This document shows, piece after piece, positions 26,376-38,964 of a stretch of DNA of 64,000 nucleotides; the stretch's first letter is position 1; every line of letters starts with the position of its first letter. Below the pieces are notes generated by a model. The model was not told where the DNA came from, did not search any database, and saw nothing but the letters and a program-made list of their open reading frames with translations. The position numbers were made by a program, and so were the translations under genes. The stretch is from Eledone cirrhosa (lineage: Eukaryota), in the NCBI GenBank assembly GCA_964016885.1, contig OZ024761.1, positions 28,892,001-28,956,000 of the forward strand, in the 5' to 3' direction.

Positions 26376-26590
26376 TGGATTGGCAGTTTCAGTAGAGAGT
26401 CAGACACCATGCTTTGCAACACAGAGTTACGGCCCTTTATGATCTGAGTTCAAATCCCGACGATGTTAACTTTGCTTTTCATCCTTACAGGGGTCGATAA
26501 AATAAAGTACCAGTCATGTACTGCGGTCGAGTTAATCAACTTTCCCCTCCCCCAAAATTGCTGGCCTTGTGCCTATATAAGAAACCATAA
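26376..26590 (+). mobile_element. SINE family A
   Basis: Matches 11199-11380. Confidence 0.85.
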
Positions 26591-26805
26591 TATTTGTAAG
26601 GTACGTTAAGTAACTCAACTCATCCATCTACTTTTTCCTGATGAAATAAGGATTATTGTCAGAACACTATTTATATTATTAATTATTAATTGTGTGATTG
26701 ATTGATTCCATGTACTGGCTCGCATTTATCTCTATAGAAACAATTGTTGAAATTAAAGATGGAATTTGAATAACAACCTTGGTTTTCATTTATATTTATA
26801 TATAT

Positions 26806-26990
26806 CTAGGGAGTGTAACTTGGAGTTACTGCATGTTCATCCGGGTGAGCACTCAATGTTTACGTTGACTTCTGTGTCGAGGTGTAGAGCTATACAGAGT
26901 GTAATATATAGAAAGGATAACAGGGAAGATTGGTTACTCCTTCATTACATTTATTGGTAGGTGACGCGCGTTTCGCCACTGATCAGCTCA
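26806..26990 (-). mobile_element. 5'-truncated HHR-bearing element (3' half of the ribozyme)
   Basis: Minus strand: GGC-GAAA-CGCGCG-TC-ACCTACC-AATAAA ... CATTGAGTGCTC ... (TA)n. Confidence 0.55.
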
Positions 26991-27550
26991 CACACACGCA
27001 TGGATCTGTATCGATCTTACAATATATATATATATATATAATTGAAAAGTATAGAAATTATTGTGAGCAAGAAGCCAACAGTATTTCATAATATATAAGT
27101 GACTATAGCATCAAAATGGAAAAATAGTTAACGTAAGATGTGGGGAAATAATTCAAACTCAATTCAAAGAGAATCAGGATATAGATTCATTCACAGAATT
27201 TAGTGAAATCCAGGGAAAAATCAATAGAGCCTTAACTCTGAATAAAATAAAGTTATATATATTATATAAAATTATAAAGTTATATATATTATATAAAATA
27301 AAGTTATATATATATATATACACAAACGAACCCCCCAAAATATTGAAAATAACAAACAGTAACCTGTGTGGATTGATAAACACTTGGCTGCTATTTCTAG
27401 CAGACTTAAAGGACGCCACATTTCTTTCCCTACACCTCATGCACCAAGGTATCTTCATTTTAACAATGAAGACATCCTAGTAATATATTGTTTTTCCATA
27501 CATGGTTTCATTCCTATAACACTGAATGTATTCCACCTTCTACACAAGGG

Positions 27551-27725
27551 CGGCGGAGGGTCGGACGCCATGCTTTCCAGTATAGAGTTATGCCCCTTTA
27601 TGGTCTGAGTTCAAATCCCGCCGAGGTTAACTTTGCCTTTCATCCTTACGGTGTCGATAAAATAAAGTACCAGTAATGCACTGGATTAATTGCTGGCCTT
27701 GTGCCTAAAGTAGAAACAATTATTA
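27551..27725 (+). mobile_element. SINE family A
   Basis: Matches 11199-11380, with a deletion in the head. Confidence 0.8.
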
Positions 27726-28027
27726 ATGGTGCAGCTGTTGTTGTTGTTGTTATTATCATTATTAATATTATTATTATTATTATTCTTAATGTTGTTGTTG
27801 TTGCTGTTGTTATACATGTGAATAAAAGGTTATTGTAAAACGAATTATATATCAAATATTGTTGCTTATATTGAAAGATATAATAGAAAAAGAAAGATGA
27901 TGACAAAAGAAGCACAAAATCACACCCAGATATGATTGATGGCTTATCACATACATATGTGTGTGTGTGTGTGTGTTTGTGTGTATGTGTGTGTGTGAGT
28001 ATCTAGGTGGGGAATATATATATACAT

Positions 28028-28074
<47 letters not shown>

Positions 28075-28201
28075 CACACATACATATATATATATATATA
28101 CATACATACACACTTACATATACATATATACATACATACATACATATATATATATATAGATATATAGATATATATATAGATATATATATACACATACATA
28201 A

Positions 28202-28259
<58 letters not shown>

Positions 28260-28300
28260 CATACACATACATACATATACATACACATATATCTATATAT

Positions 28301-28379
<79 letters not shown>

Positions 28380-28545
28380 TATATATATATATGTATGTAT
28401 GTATAAACACTGATACATATGTGTATATAATATTATAATATATACACATCAACACATACACAGAGGCGCAGTCATGTATATATTTAGGATTGCAAAATAG
28501 AAATTTACTCACACACACTGGTGAAAACACTCACAAATATGTTTG

Positions 28546-28609
<64 letters not shown>

Positions 28610-28707
28610 AATATATAGTGAAAGAAAGAGAGAGAGAGAGAGAGAGAGGGGAGGGTAATATATACAAACAGTAAAGTATATATGCCTGACATGGATGCAT
28701 GTTTCTG

Positions 28708-28748
<41 letters not shown>

Positions 28749-28788
28749 TATAAATATTAATAAAATAGATGTTCTTTTGATCAATTAA

Positions 28789-28841
28789 ATTTTATTATAC
28801 ATATTTCAGAGGTGCAACAGTACGTCCTCATCAGGCAAAAT
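28789..28841 (-). ncRNA. type-I hammerhead-like motif
   Basis: ATTTTGC-CTGATGA-GGACGTACTGTTGCACCTCT-GAAA-TATGTA-TA-ATAAAAT. Confidence 0.5.
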
Positions 28842-29121
28842 ATAATGATACATGACATATCCTGAGATGTTAAATATATATAGTTTTGAGAGGTTTTTTA
28901 TATGAAATCGTGTGTCGAAACAAATATTGTTATACTTGGGGAGGGTCATATTTGTGTAATAATATTGCCAGAATTAATAACAGAACACACTCACTGTTTG
29001 GTTGGTTTTCGCTTCTGTGTCTTTTAAATCGGTTAATTTAATTTATTCGGTCTTCAATGTTGCCATTGACTGACCAACGGTCAAAAATACAGATACAATA
29101 TAGACACAAACACATATATAT

Positions 29122-29176
29122 ATAGTCTAACAAAGTTCTTTCGTTGCACATCTGCAAGATCGTCAGTGGTGCTATT
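29122..29176 (-). ncRNA. degenerate hammerhead motif in the PLE pseudo-LTR
   Basis: CTGACGA-T(C/G)TTGCA-GATG-TGCAAC-GAAA; the paralog at about 24375-24430 has a fully paired stem II. Stems I and III are weak. Confidence 0.5.
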
Positions 29177-29464
29177 ATGTTTCCTCCTGTTGTATTGTAT
29201 GCCTACGCCATCTTTATTTAGTCTGTTTATTTATTTATTTATTTTTGTCTTCTTCTCTGCGCATGCGTTTGCATGTGTGTATAGTGTTTGGGTGACTGTG
29301 TATTGGTTATTGTATTCTATCTTAGTTTACTAGTGTGTGTTTATATGTGTTTGTTGTTATTGTGCTTGTGTATGTATTTATTTATTTATTTATTTTATTT
29401 TATTTTTTATTTATTTATACTTCTCTTAGGTCAGTATTGTTTGTTTGGGTGTTGTTGTTATTCC

Positions 29465-30250
29465 ATTCATTTTTTTCTGTTTAGCCTTGGCCTTCTAATT
29501 TCTATTTCGCTGGCCTCTCTGATTTGCCTATCTGCTGGGTCATTTCTATGTTTAGATATTATTTTAATTTCTATGTTGTCTATGTTACCGTCGTGTTGTT
29601 GTCTGGCATGTTCGTATAGTACTGAACCGTTTTTTCATCCTTTTAGTTCCCCCCAGTGTTGGTCTATCCTTTCACCTATGCTACGAGCTGTCTTGCCTAT
29701 GTATGTTGTTGTCATGTTTCTGCAAGTACCCTCTGTACATCTTATGCTATAGACTACGTTTCTAGTTTTACAGTTTATCCGGGGGTTTACCTTACATATG
29801 ATACATTTCCTATTAGTACAGTGGGTTCTCTTAAAAGGGTAGGTTTTGCTGATCAAGGATTTTATGGTGGTTCCTGACTTTTCTACCACCTTAATCTTTA
29901 AGTGGGTCTTTCTCAGGGCCTTTCTACACTGGTTAGCTAATTTCCCTCCAGGGGTAGCGTCCACAAACATGACACTCTGATATTTCTGGTTGTCGTACCA
30001 TGAGGTGGCTTTCCCTATCTTGTGGCTAGTTCTATCTAAGCTATTTCATGATTTGCTTGTATAATGGGCAAATTCCTTTCATGCCCAGTTCTATGAGGGT
30101 CTTATACTTCTCCGTGGCCCCCTCGTATACTCTTAATCTGTCTCTTTGGTTGTAGCCAGAGAACTGCATGTGGTTGATGAAGTGTTGGATGTGTCTTTCC
30201 ATTTCTGTTGGGTCACACATGTGGGACACGTTCTTCATCACTCGTACGCA
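29465..30250 (-). pseudogene. Penelope-like RT thumb, linker and GIY-YIG endonuclease (frameshifts and stops)
   Basis: VRVMKNVS..FINHMQFSGY..GICPLY / WYDNQKYQSVMFVDATPGGKLA / CTNRKCIIC..NCKTRNVVYSIRC..C..YIGKTARSIGERIDQH..SVLYEHARQQH..RQIREASEI..RPRLNRK: VY..YIG, R, E and LN motifs of GIY-YIG plus CCHH residues. Confidence 0.85.
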
Positions 30251-30621
30251 GACTTGGTACGAGTGATGAAGAACGTGTCCCGCATGTGTGACCCAACAGA
30301 AATGGAAAGACACATCCAACACTTCATCAACCGCATGCAGTTCTCTGGCTACAACCAAAGAGACATAATCAGAGTATACGAAGGAGCCACGGAGAAGTAT
30401 AAGACTTGATATGTGATGATATTGTGCTTTTTAAAGCATGAAAGTCTTGTGAAACTAAAACAAAAAAAAAAAGGTAAGAAAGAAAAAAGAAGGAATGAAA
30501 AAATGGCAAGAAGAAAGAGGTTAGATATTGTGTTGAAAAATGTAAACCATTGAAATTATTGGTGGGAGAAGGGAGAACACGTTCGTTGCAGATTAATAAT
30601 AAAAGACTGAGGGGAATCAAC

Positions 30622-30870
30622 AAAGAAACTTGATGCAATATCTCAGCTTAGAGTGTTTTGTCATCTTGAAAGGAAAACGAAAATCTGATGAGCATGCACT
30701 ACACTGTGTATTGTAAACATAACAGTCGGGAACTGACGTGACCTACTGGCGTGAAAATGTTCACACATGTGCAGAAAGGGTAGCACCACCTTCCACCCAA
30801 AGGATTTTGCTCATGCCACATTAGTTTTGGCGGGAAAAAATAAAGTCTGATACTTTTTGAACACGCCTCA
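30622..30870 (-). mobile_element. mariner-like transposon 5' fragment
   Basis: TA followed by TIR-like TGAGGCGTGTTCAAAAAGTATC; ATG at 30664 gives MTKHSKLRYCIKF, resembling mariner transposase N-termini (..QRYCIKF). Confidence 0.6.
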
Positions 30871-30919
30871 TATCTATCTATATTTGAATGTCTCTTTATT
30901 ATTGTTTGTCTGGCATGCC

Positions 30920-31720
30920 ATGCCACATCACAAACCACGACCACTAACTACATCACAAACAAGATCAGCATCACCACCACTACCACCACCACCACCATCA
31001 CCATCAATGCCATCACAGTCACCACAACAACAACAACCACCATCATTACCATTACCGTCACCACCACCACCAACCACTACCACCCCTAACATCACAAAGG
31101 AGATCACTACCACCACCACTGTCACCACCATCACCACCGCCACCACCAGCATTACCATCACCGTCACCACCACCACCACCACCACCATCACCATCACAAC
31201 GACCACCATCGCCGTCACAACGACCACCATCACTGTCACAACCACTAACAACATCACAAACAAGACCACCGTCACCACCACCACCACCAACCACTACCAC
31301 CACCACTCTCACCACCGCCAGCACCACCATTACCATCACCGTCACCACCACCACCACCAACCACTACCACCACCACTCTCACCACCACCACCACCGCCAG
31401 CACCACCATTACCATCACCGTCACCACCATCACCACCACCACCATCACCGTCACAACGACCACCACCACTAACAACATCACAAACAAGATCACCATCACC
31501 ACCACCACCACCACCACCAACCACTACCACCACCACCACCACCATCACTGCCACCACCACCACCACCATCACCACCACCACCACCATCACCGTCACAACG
31601 ACCACCACCACTAACAACATCACAAACAAGATCACCATCACCACCACCACCACCACCACCAACCACTACCACCACCACCACCACCATCACTGCCACCACC
31701 ACCACCACCACCACCACCAC
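30920..31720. repeat. (CAC)n-based compound repeat
   Basis: Direct reading. Confidence 0.9.
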
Positions 31721-32279
31721 TTCTATAATAATATAAAGATCAATTAAAGTACATTACCAAAATCCTTCCCCCATAATTAGAGAGTGTTACTGGAAAAATT
31801 ATAAATGGGACAAATTGCCAAAAATATATAGAACCAAATGGTGAACAGAAATATAAAATACATGAATACATACTCATATATATAACAATATATATATATA
31901 TATAGATAGATACTTACATATATACAATACATGAATACACACATACACACACATATAAACAACAATATATACATAAACAGACGTACGCACGAAAAACATT
32001 ACATAAACACACAATAAACAATATATAAACAAATCACACAAAAAATACTTTAAATGTTAGAAACAGAAATTTAAAAAGACAATGTAATAAATACCAAACA
32101 AAAAATGCGAACCAGAAAAAAAATGATTATTATTATTATAATCATGGAGTCATGGCCCTTTATGTTTTGAGTTCAAATTCCGCTGAAGTTAGTTTTGTCT
32201 TTCATCCTTATGGGGGGGGGGGGGATAAAATAAAGTACCAACAACACACTGGTTTATACTAAAAAATATCTTATATTTT

Positions 32280-32815
32280 CCCCATGGGTGTATATTTATC
32301 ACATAAGTGTATATTTATCACATAAGTGTATATTTATCACATAAGTGTATATTTATCACATAAGTGTATATTTACCCCATGGGTGTATATTTATCACATA
32401 AGTGTATATTTATCACATAAGTGTATATTTATCACATAAGTGTATATTTACCCCATGGGTGTATATTTATCACATAAGTGTATATTTATCACATAAGTGT
32501 ATATTTATCACATAAGTGTATATTTACCCCATGGGTGTATATTTATCACATAAGTGTATATTTATCACATAAGTGTATATTTATCACATAAGTGTATATT
32601 TATCACATAAGTATATTTATCACATGGGTGTATATTTATCACATAAGTGTATATTTATCACATAAGTGTATATTTATCACATAAGTGTATATTTATCACA
32701 TAAGTGTATATTTACCCCATGGGTGTATATTTATCACATAAGTGTATATTTATTACATAAGTGTATATTTATCACATAAGTGTATATTTATCACATGGGT
32801 ATATATATATTTACC
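32280..32815. repeat. 19-bp minisatellite GTGTATATTTATCACATAA with periodic variant GTGTATATTTACCCCATGG
   Basis: Direct reading, about 28 units. Confidence 0.95.
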
Positions 32816-32925
32816 CTCCGATACATCCTGAATATCTGAAGTAGCAGGTAGCGACTTGATATTCATTTCAACAAACTTTCCAGTTAAATAACATCAATGA
32901 CTGAGACTCAAAGAATAACAGTAAT

Positions 32926-33318
32926 AATTGTTTCTACTTTAGGCACAAGGCCAGCGATTACCCCAGTGCATTACTGGTACTTTATTTTATCAACCCCGTA
33001 AGGATGAAAGGCAAAGTCAACCTCGGCGGGATTTGAACTCAGATCGTAAAGGGACGTAACTCTATGCTGCTAAGCGTGGCGTCCGACCCTCTACCAATAC
33101 TGCCAATCCACCGCCCCTAATAATAATAGTAATAATGTTTCTACTTTAGGCACAAGGCCAGCAATTACCCCCACTGCATTACTGGTACTTTACTTTATTG
33201 ACTCCGTAAGGATGAAAGGCAAAGTTAACCTCAGCGGGATTTGAACTCAGAACATAAAGGGGCGTAACTCGATGCTGCTAAGCATGGTGTCTGACGCTCC
33301 ACTGATACTGCCAATCCA
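32926..33318 (-). mobile_element. two tandem SINE-A copies (32926-33117, 33135-33318)
   Basis: Reverse complements of 11199-11380, separated by (AAT)n. Confidence 0.85.
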
Positions 33319-33344
33319 ATAATAATAATAACCTTATTAATAAC

Positions 33345-34060
33345 AATTATGATATTGCGATGATGATGATGATGATGATGGTGATGATGGTGGTGATGAT
33401 GATGGTGATGATGGTGATGGTGATGGCGATGATGGTGATGAGGATGTTGGTGATGACGATGGCGATGATGATGATGGTGATGATGATGATGATGATGATG
33501 GTGATGATGATGGTGATGATGGTGATGATGATGATGATGATGGTGATGATGGTCATGATGATGATGGTGACAAAGATGGTGACAAAGATGGTGACAAAGA
33601 TGGTGACAAAGATGGTGACAAAGATGGTGATGGTGACAATGATGGCGACGATGGTGATGACGATAATGATGGTGATGCTGATGATAATAATGATGGTAAT
33701 GATGATGATGACGAAGATGAGGATGATTATAATGATGATGATGATGATGGTGATGATGGTGATGATGGTGATGTTCATGATAATGATAGTGATGATGATG
33801 ATGATGATGATGGTGGTGATGTTCAAGATAATGACGGTGATGATGATGATGATAGTGATGATGATGATGGTGATGATGGTGATGGTGGTGATAGTGATGA
33901 TGGTGATAGTGATGGTGATGATGGTGATGGTGATGATGATGATGATGGTGGTGATGTTCAAGATAATGACGGTGATGATGATGGTGATGATGGTGACGGA
34001 GATGATGGTGATGGTGATGATGATGATGATGATGATGTTGATGATGATGATGATAACATG
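33345..34060. repeat. (GAT/GGT)n trinucleotide tract
   Basis: Direct reading; source of the poly-His and poly-Met ORFs. Confidence 0.95.
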
Positions 34061-34484
34061 AAGAATGAGAAGAACAACAGTAATGATAATATATGAACAA
34101 CAATACTAAGTGGTTATAATTATAAATTTAATGGTTTCTAACTTGAACAGCAAGCCACAGACTTTTAAGGGGGAGTGGAGTGGAGTGAGGTTAGGAGGGA
34201 GCCTGAGACTAGACAGTTTAATTAGGCCCCCTGCAATGATGAGGTGGTGGAGGAGGAGGAGGAGAAAAGGGACGAAGAAGAAGAAGAAAAAGAGACGAAG
34301 AAGAAGAAAAGAGACGAAGAAGAAGAAAAGAGACGAAGAAGAAGAAAAAGAATAACAACAACAACAACATCAATGACAACAGCAACAACAACACAAAACA
34401 CAATTTTTTTCAGTTTTCAAATTAAAAGAAAACCAAAAATGAAAACAAAAAAACAAAAAACGAATAAATAAACAAACAAACAAA

Positions 34485-34519
<35 letters not shown>

Positions 34520-34642
34520 ACAAAAAAAAAAAATGACAAAGAGATAAAAGAGAAATAAAAGAAAAAATAAAACATTTTTTATACTTATTTATTTTTCAGA
34601 TCAGATGTTGGGTCTGAAGAAAACAAATCTATATGCAGACAC

Positions 34643-34876
34643 CAGTGGCGAAGGGTAACCTGGAAAGCAGGGCATGCAGTCCAATCACCATGGTGGAAAG
34701 TGGGGCTGTGCAGCCTTACCCCCCCCCCACCCCAATTCCCTCTAAATGACCCTTCCGGTCAAAGCCGCATGTAGTGTTATCTTGTGTGTGTGTGTGTGTG
34801 TGCTATCTTTTTGTGTCTACGATTTAGTAAGCAGCCAAAATTCTGCTGGCTTCAACCGACGCTGTCATGTGTTTGT

Positions 34877-34919
<43 letters not shown>

Positions 34920-35045
34920 CTTTTTGTGTGTCTACGATTTAGTAAGCAGCCAAAATTCTGCTTGCTTCAACCGATGCAATTGATCAACTCAAGATTCTAT
35001 AATGCATGCATTGCATGCATTGCATGCATACACCCTTCGCCCCTA
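34643..35045. mobile_element. hAT-type MITE
   Basis: TIRs CAGTGGCGAAGGGT and ACCCTTCGCCCCTA (12/14 match); perfect 8-bp TSD GCAGACAC at 34635-34642 and 35046-35053. Confidence 0.85.
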
Positions 35046-35223
35046 GCAGACACACGTGTATATATATATATATGTATGTATATATATATATATATATATA
35101 CATATCTATCTGTGTGTGTGTGTGTGTGAATGTATGTATATGTATGTGTGTGTATACATATATATATGTGTGTGTGTGCATGTGTGTGGGTGTGTGAATG
35201 TATGTATATGTATGTGTGTATAC

Positions 35224-35260
<37 letters not shown>

Positions 35261-35418
35261 TGTGTGTGTGTGTGTGTGCATGCGTGTGTGTGTGCATGCG
35301 TGTGTGTGTGTGTGCATGCGTGTGTGTGTGTGAATGTATGTATATGTATGTGTGTGTATACATATCATCATCATCATCATCATCAATTAATGTCCATCTT
35401 CCACGCTAGCATGGGTTT

Positions 35419-35455
<37 letters not shown>

Positions 35456-35514
35456 ACACATGAAGTGATTTTTAATTTCTATAATTATAAATTCTATCAA
35501 TTTATCAAACAATC

Positions 35515-36600
35515 AGCTAGCCAACCACCCAGCCAACCAACCATCCAACCTGCCAGCCACCAGCCAGCCACCAACCATCAAGCCTGCCAGCCACCAGCCA
35601 GCCAACCAACCATCCAACCAACCAGCTAACCAGCCAACCAACTAGCAACCAGTCAACCAGCCAACCAGCTAACTAGCCAACCAACTAGTCAATCAGCCAA
35701 CCAGTCAGCAAGTCAGCCAACAAACCAACTAGCCAACCAACCAACTAGCAGCCAGCCAACCAGCCAACCAACCAACCAACCAGTCAGCAAGCCAGCCAAC
35801 AAACCACCCAGCCAACCAACCAACCAACAAACCTCCCAACCAACCAACCAACCAACCAACCAACCAGTCAGCAAGCCAGCCAACCAACAAACCACCCAGC
35901 CATCCAACCAACCAACAAACCACCCAACCAACAAACAAACCATCCAGCCATCCAACCAACCAACAAACCACCCAACCAACAAACAAACCACCCAGCCATC
36001 CAACCTTCCAACAAACCACCCAGCCATCCAACCAACAACCAACCAACCAACCAACCATCCAACCAACCAGCCAACCAACCAACAAACCTCCCAACCAACC
36101 AACCAACCAACCAACCAGTCAGCAAGCCAGCCAACCAACAAACCACCCAGCCATCCAACCAACCAACAAACCACCCAACCAACAAACAAACCACCCAGCC
36201 ATCCAACCAACCAACAAACCACCCAACCAACAAACAAACCACCCAGCCATACAACCAACCAACCAACCATCCAACCAACCAACCAACAAACAAACCACCC
36301 AGCCATCCAACCAACCAACAAACCACCCAACCAACAAACAAACCACCCAGCCATACAACCAACCAACAAACCACCCAACCAACAAACAAACCACCCAGCC
36401 ATCCAACCAACCAACAAACCACCCAACCAACAAACAAACCACCCAGCCATACAACCAACCAACAAACCACCCAACCAACCAACCAACAAACCACTCAGCC
36501 ATCCAACCAACCAGCCAACCATCCAACCAACCAACCATCCAACCAACCATCAAAACCACCAATGAGCCAACCAGTCAACTGATCAGCCAACAAACCAGTC
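35515..36600. repeat. (CCAA)n-derived compound repeat
   Basis: Direct reading. Confidence 0.9.
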
Positions 36601-37250
36601 ATGGCATGGAAAAGTACTTTTGGCACAAAAGTACTTTTGGCAATAGCCCCAGTGCGTTACTGGTACTTTATTTCATCGACCCATGACATTATGATCCTAA
36701 GTCCAACAACCTTACCACTAGGCCACGTGCCTCCACTGTATACACATATATAACTATCTATCTAACTCTCTAAACAAAGATTTTCCCTACATCCATACAT
36801 ATCCTCCATATTACACACACATACCACAAACACACTCTACACATTTTCACACACATACCACAAACACACTCTACACATTCATACATATCCTCCATATTAC
36901 ACACACATACCACAAACACACTCTACACATTCATACATATCCTCCATATTACACACACATACCACAAACACACTCTACACATTTTCTCACTCAGACTCAA
37001 CAATAAACCGAGTGGCCCAGAATGTTAAACCAAAACCAGCAGACATTATTTTCACACACTCGTTTATCTGCTAACGAGATAACGCAATATTTTTCCATGA
37101 TTACAAACAATTGTAGTTGAATTAGTTGAAATCTAATTAGTAGCGAGTTAGTACTGGAGATAAAGAATATAGCATAGCTACACCCCTCCCTTTATATAGC
37201 TCTCTATCTATCTATCTATCTATCTCACTTTCATACTATCTATCTATCTC

Positions 37251-38110
37251 TGTCCGCAGCAAGTGCGACGACGCGCTCGGTGAAACTCTAGGCGTGGAGG
37301 AAGATGAACTGGCCGTCTGTTCGGTAGGACCTTCCGCCCGGGACCGATGGACAACTTCCAAAAGTCCCTGGCCTGGCAGTGCTACCGAGGAGCTCTACCA
37401 GTTCGAGACAAGCTCTACAGACATGGGCGCCCGGGCAGGGACCCTGCAAAAAAGATCTGTCCGAGGTGCGTGCGAGACGAAGAAACCGTCGCGCACGCAT
37501 TCATACACTGCCCGGGCGTCACTGACCTGTGGGGATATGTAGAACGACTATTGTCGCGGGTGGGACCAATCCAGTTGACCACCGAGTCCATTGTCATGAT
37601 CAAACCGCCACCCTCCTTCAAAAACGAAGGAGAGGCGGTTTTCCTTTGTGTGATAGCTATGGCGAAAGAGGTTGTATGGTGGACAAGGTTGAAAGGGCTG
37701 AGGTCAGACACCTTTCTCTCCGGCCAACAACTGATTCTTTTTTTCAAATACCACTTTGGAAGAAGAATCAGGATGGAGAGAGAGGTGCTGTACCCCAGCA
37801 AGTTTTATGAAAGGTGGGTGAAAGTGGCGAGAATGGCCCGAGTGAATGGGCCTTCTCTCTATATCAGCCTGTAGATTGAGGAAAAGGAGGAGGAGAGGAA
37901 AGGAGTACAAGCTCTTCGTACTCCTGGAGATGAGGGTTGCACATTTTTTTCGGGGGTATGTGTTACCCATATAAACTGTCTCCCTCTATTGGGGAAAATC
38001 GACTAACTTTTAAATTCCATCTGTGATAACATTTTACACGTTTTTATTGTATGTAAACTTCCCCCTTTGTATTTGTCCCCTTCTTTTGTGCCCCTGTGGC
38101 TAATAAAGAA
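37251..38110 (+). mobile_element. 5'-truncated Tx1/L1-like LINE
   Basis: ORF2 C-terminus, 3' UTR and AATAAA, inserted in (TATC/TC)n. Confidence 0.85.
37261..37874 (+). pseudogene. LINE ORF2 C-terminal region with zf-RVT-type CCHC finger (frameshift near 37313)
   Basis: KCDDALGETLGVEEDELA/(fs)LFGRTFRPGPMDNFQKSLAWQCYRGALPVRDKL..CPRC..ETVAHAFIHC..LW; W..ALP..L..CxxC..ET..H...C is the L1/Tx1 zinc-binding signature. Confidence 0.85.
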
Positions 38111-38132
38111 ATATATCTATCTCTGTCTCTCT

Positions 38133-38224
<92 letters not shown>

Positions 38225-38430
38225 AAGCATAGCTACACTCCACACCTCTATATATCTCTCTATCTATCTCTCACTTTAACACTATCTATGTATGTATCTA
38301 ATTCTATCTCTCTCTCTCTCTTTCTCTCTCTCTCTATATATATCTGGAATACCCCTAGCATAGCTACACCCTCATTATATAACTCTCAATTTCACACCCT
38401 ACCTATCTATCTATCTATCTATCTATCTAG

Positions 38431-38701
38431 GAGTGAATGGGCCTTCTCTCTATATCAGCCTGTAGGTTGAGGAAAAAGAGGAAGAAAGGAAAGGGGTATT
38501 CACTCTTCGTACTCCTGAAGATGAGGGTTGCACATTTTTTCGGGGGTATGTGTTACCCATATGTAATGTCTCCCTCTATTGGGGAAAATCGATTAATTTT
38601 TAAATTGCATTTGTGATAGTATTTTACATGTTTTTATTGTATGTAAACTTCCCCCTTTGTATTTGTCCCCTTCTTTTGTGCCCCTGTGGCTAATAAAGAA
38701 A
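38431..38701 (+). mobile_element. second short copy of the same LINE 3' end
   Basis: Near-identical to 37840-38110; follows (CTAT)n. Confidence 0.9.
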
Positions 38702-38964
38702 CATATCTCTATGTATATATATTTATAGAATATAGCATATTTACACAATCACTATATTACTATCTCTCTCTTCCTCTCCCTCGCTATCAATCTCTATATC
38801 TTGATATTATGCCAAAATAAAACTATATTAAAACAAAACCAGAACAGATTGAAACTAATATAGTTATAAAATTCCTCTGTTTAAAAGTATTAATTCATTA
38901 ATGACAACAAGTGATAACAAACAATTATTTGTGTACTGGATGTTTATATGTATGTATGGATGCA

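Larger units (their letters stand above)
28881..30408 (-). mobile_element. 5'-truncated Penelope-like retroelement (Naiad-like) with 3' pseudo-LTR and inverted 5' end
   Basis: Coding remnant as listed below; pLTR 28881-29237 is repeated at 24130; 30255-30408 is the reverse complement of 30100-30250. Confidence 0.85.

Noticed and set aside
30146-30409. Mirror ORFs on both strands suggesting a bidirectional gene
   Set aside because: They result from the inverted duplication at the 5' end of the Penelope-like element.
30686-30760. CTGATGA...GAAA as a hammerhead
   Set aside because: No stem I or stem III pairing, and it lies in the mariner-like fragment.
33231-34103. Histidine-rich protein
   Set aside because: It is a (CAT/CAC)n tract that reads into a SINE.
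34600-34654. Plus-strand exon candidate (TTTTTCAG ... GTAACC)
   Set aside because: The donor is weak and lies inside the TIR of the hAT MITE.
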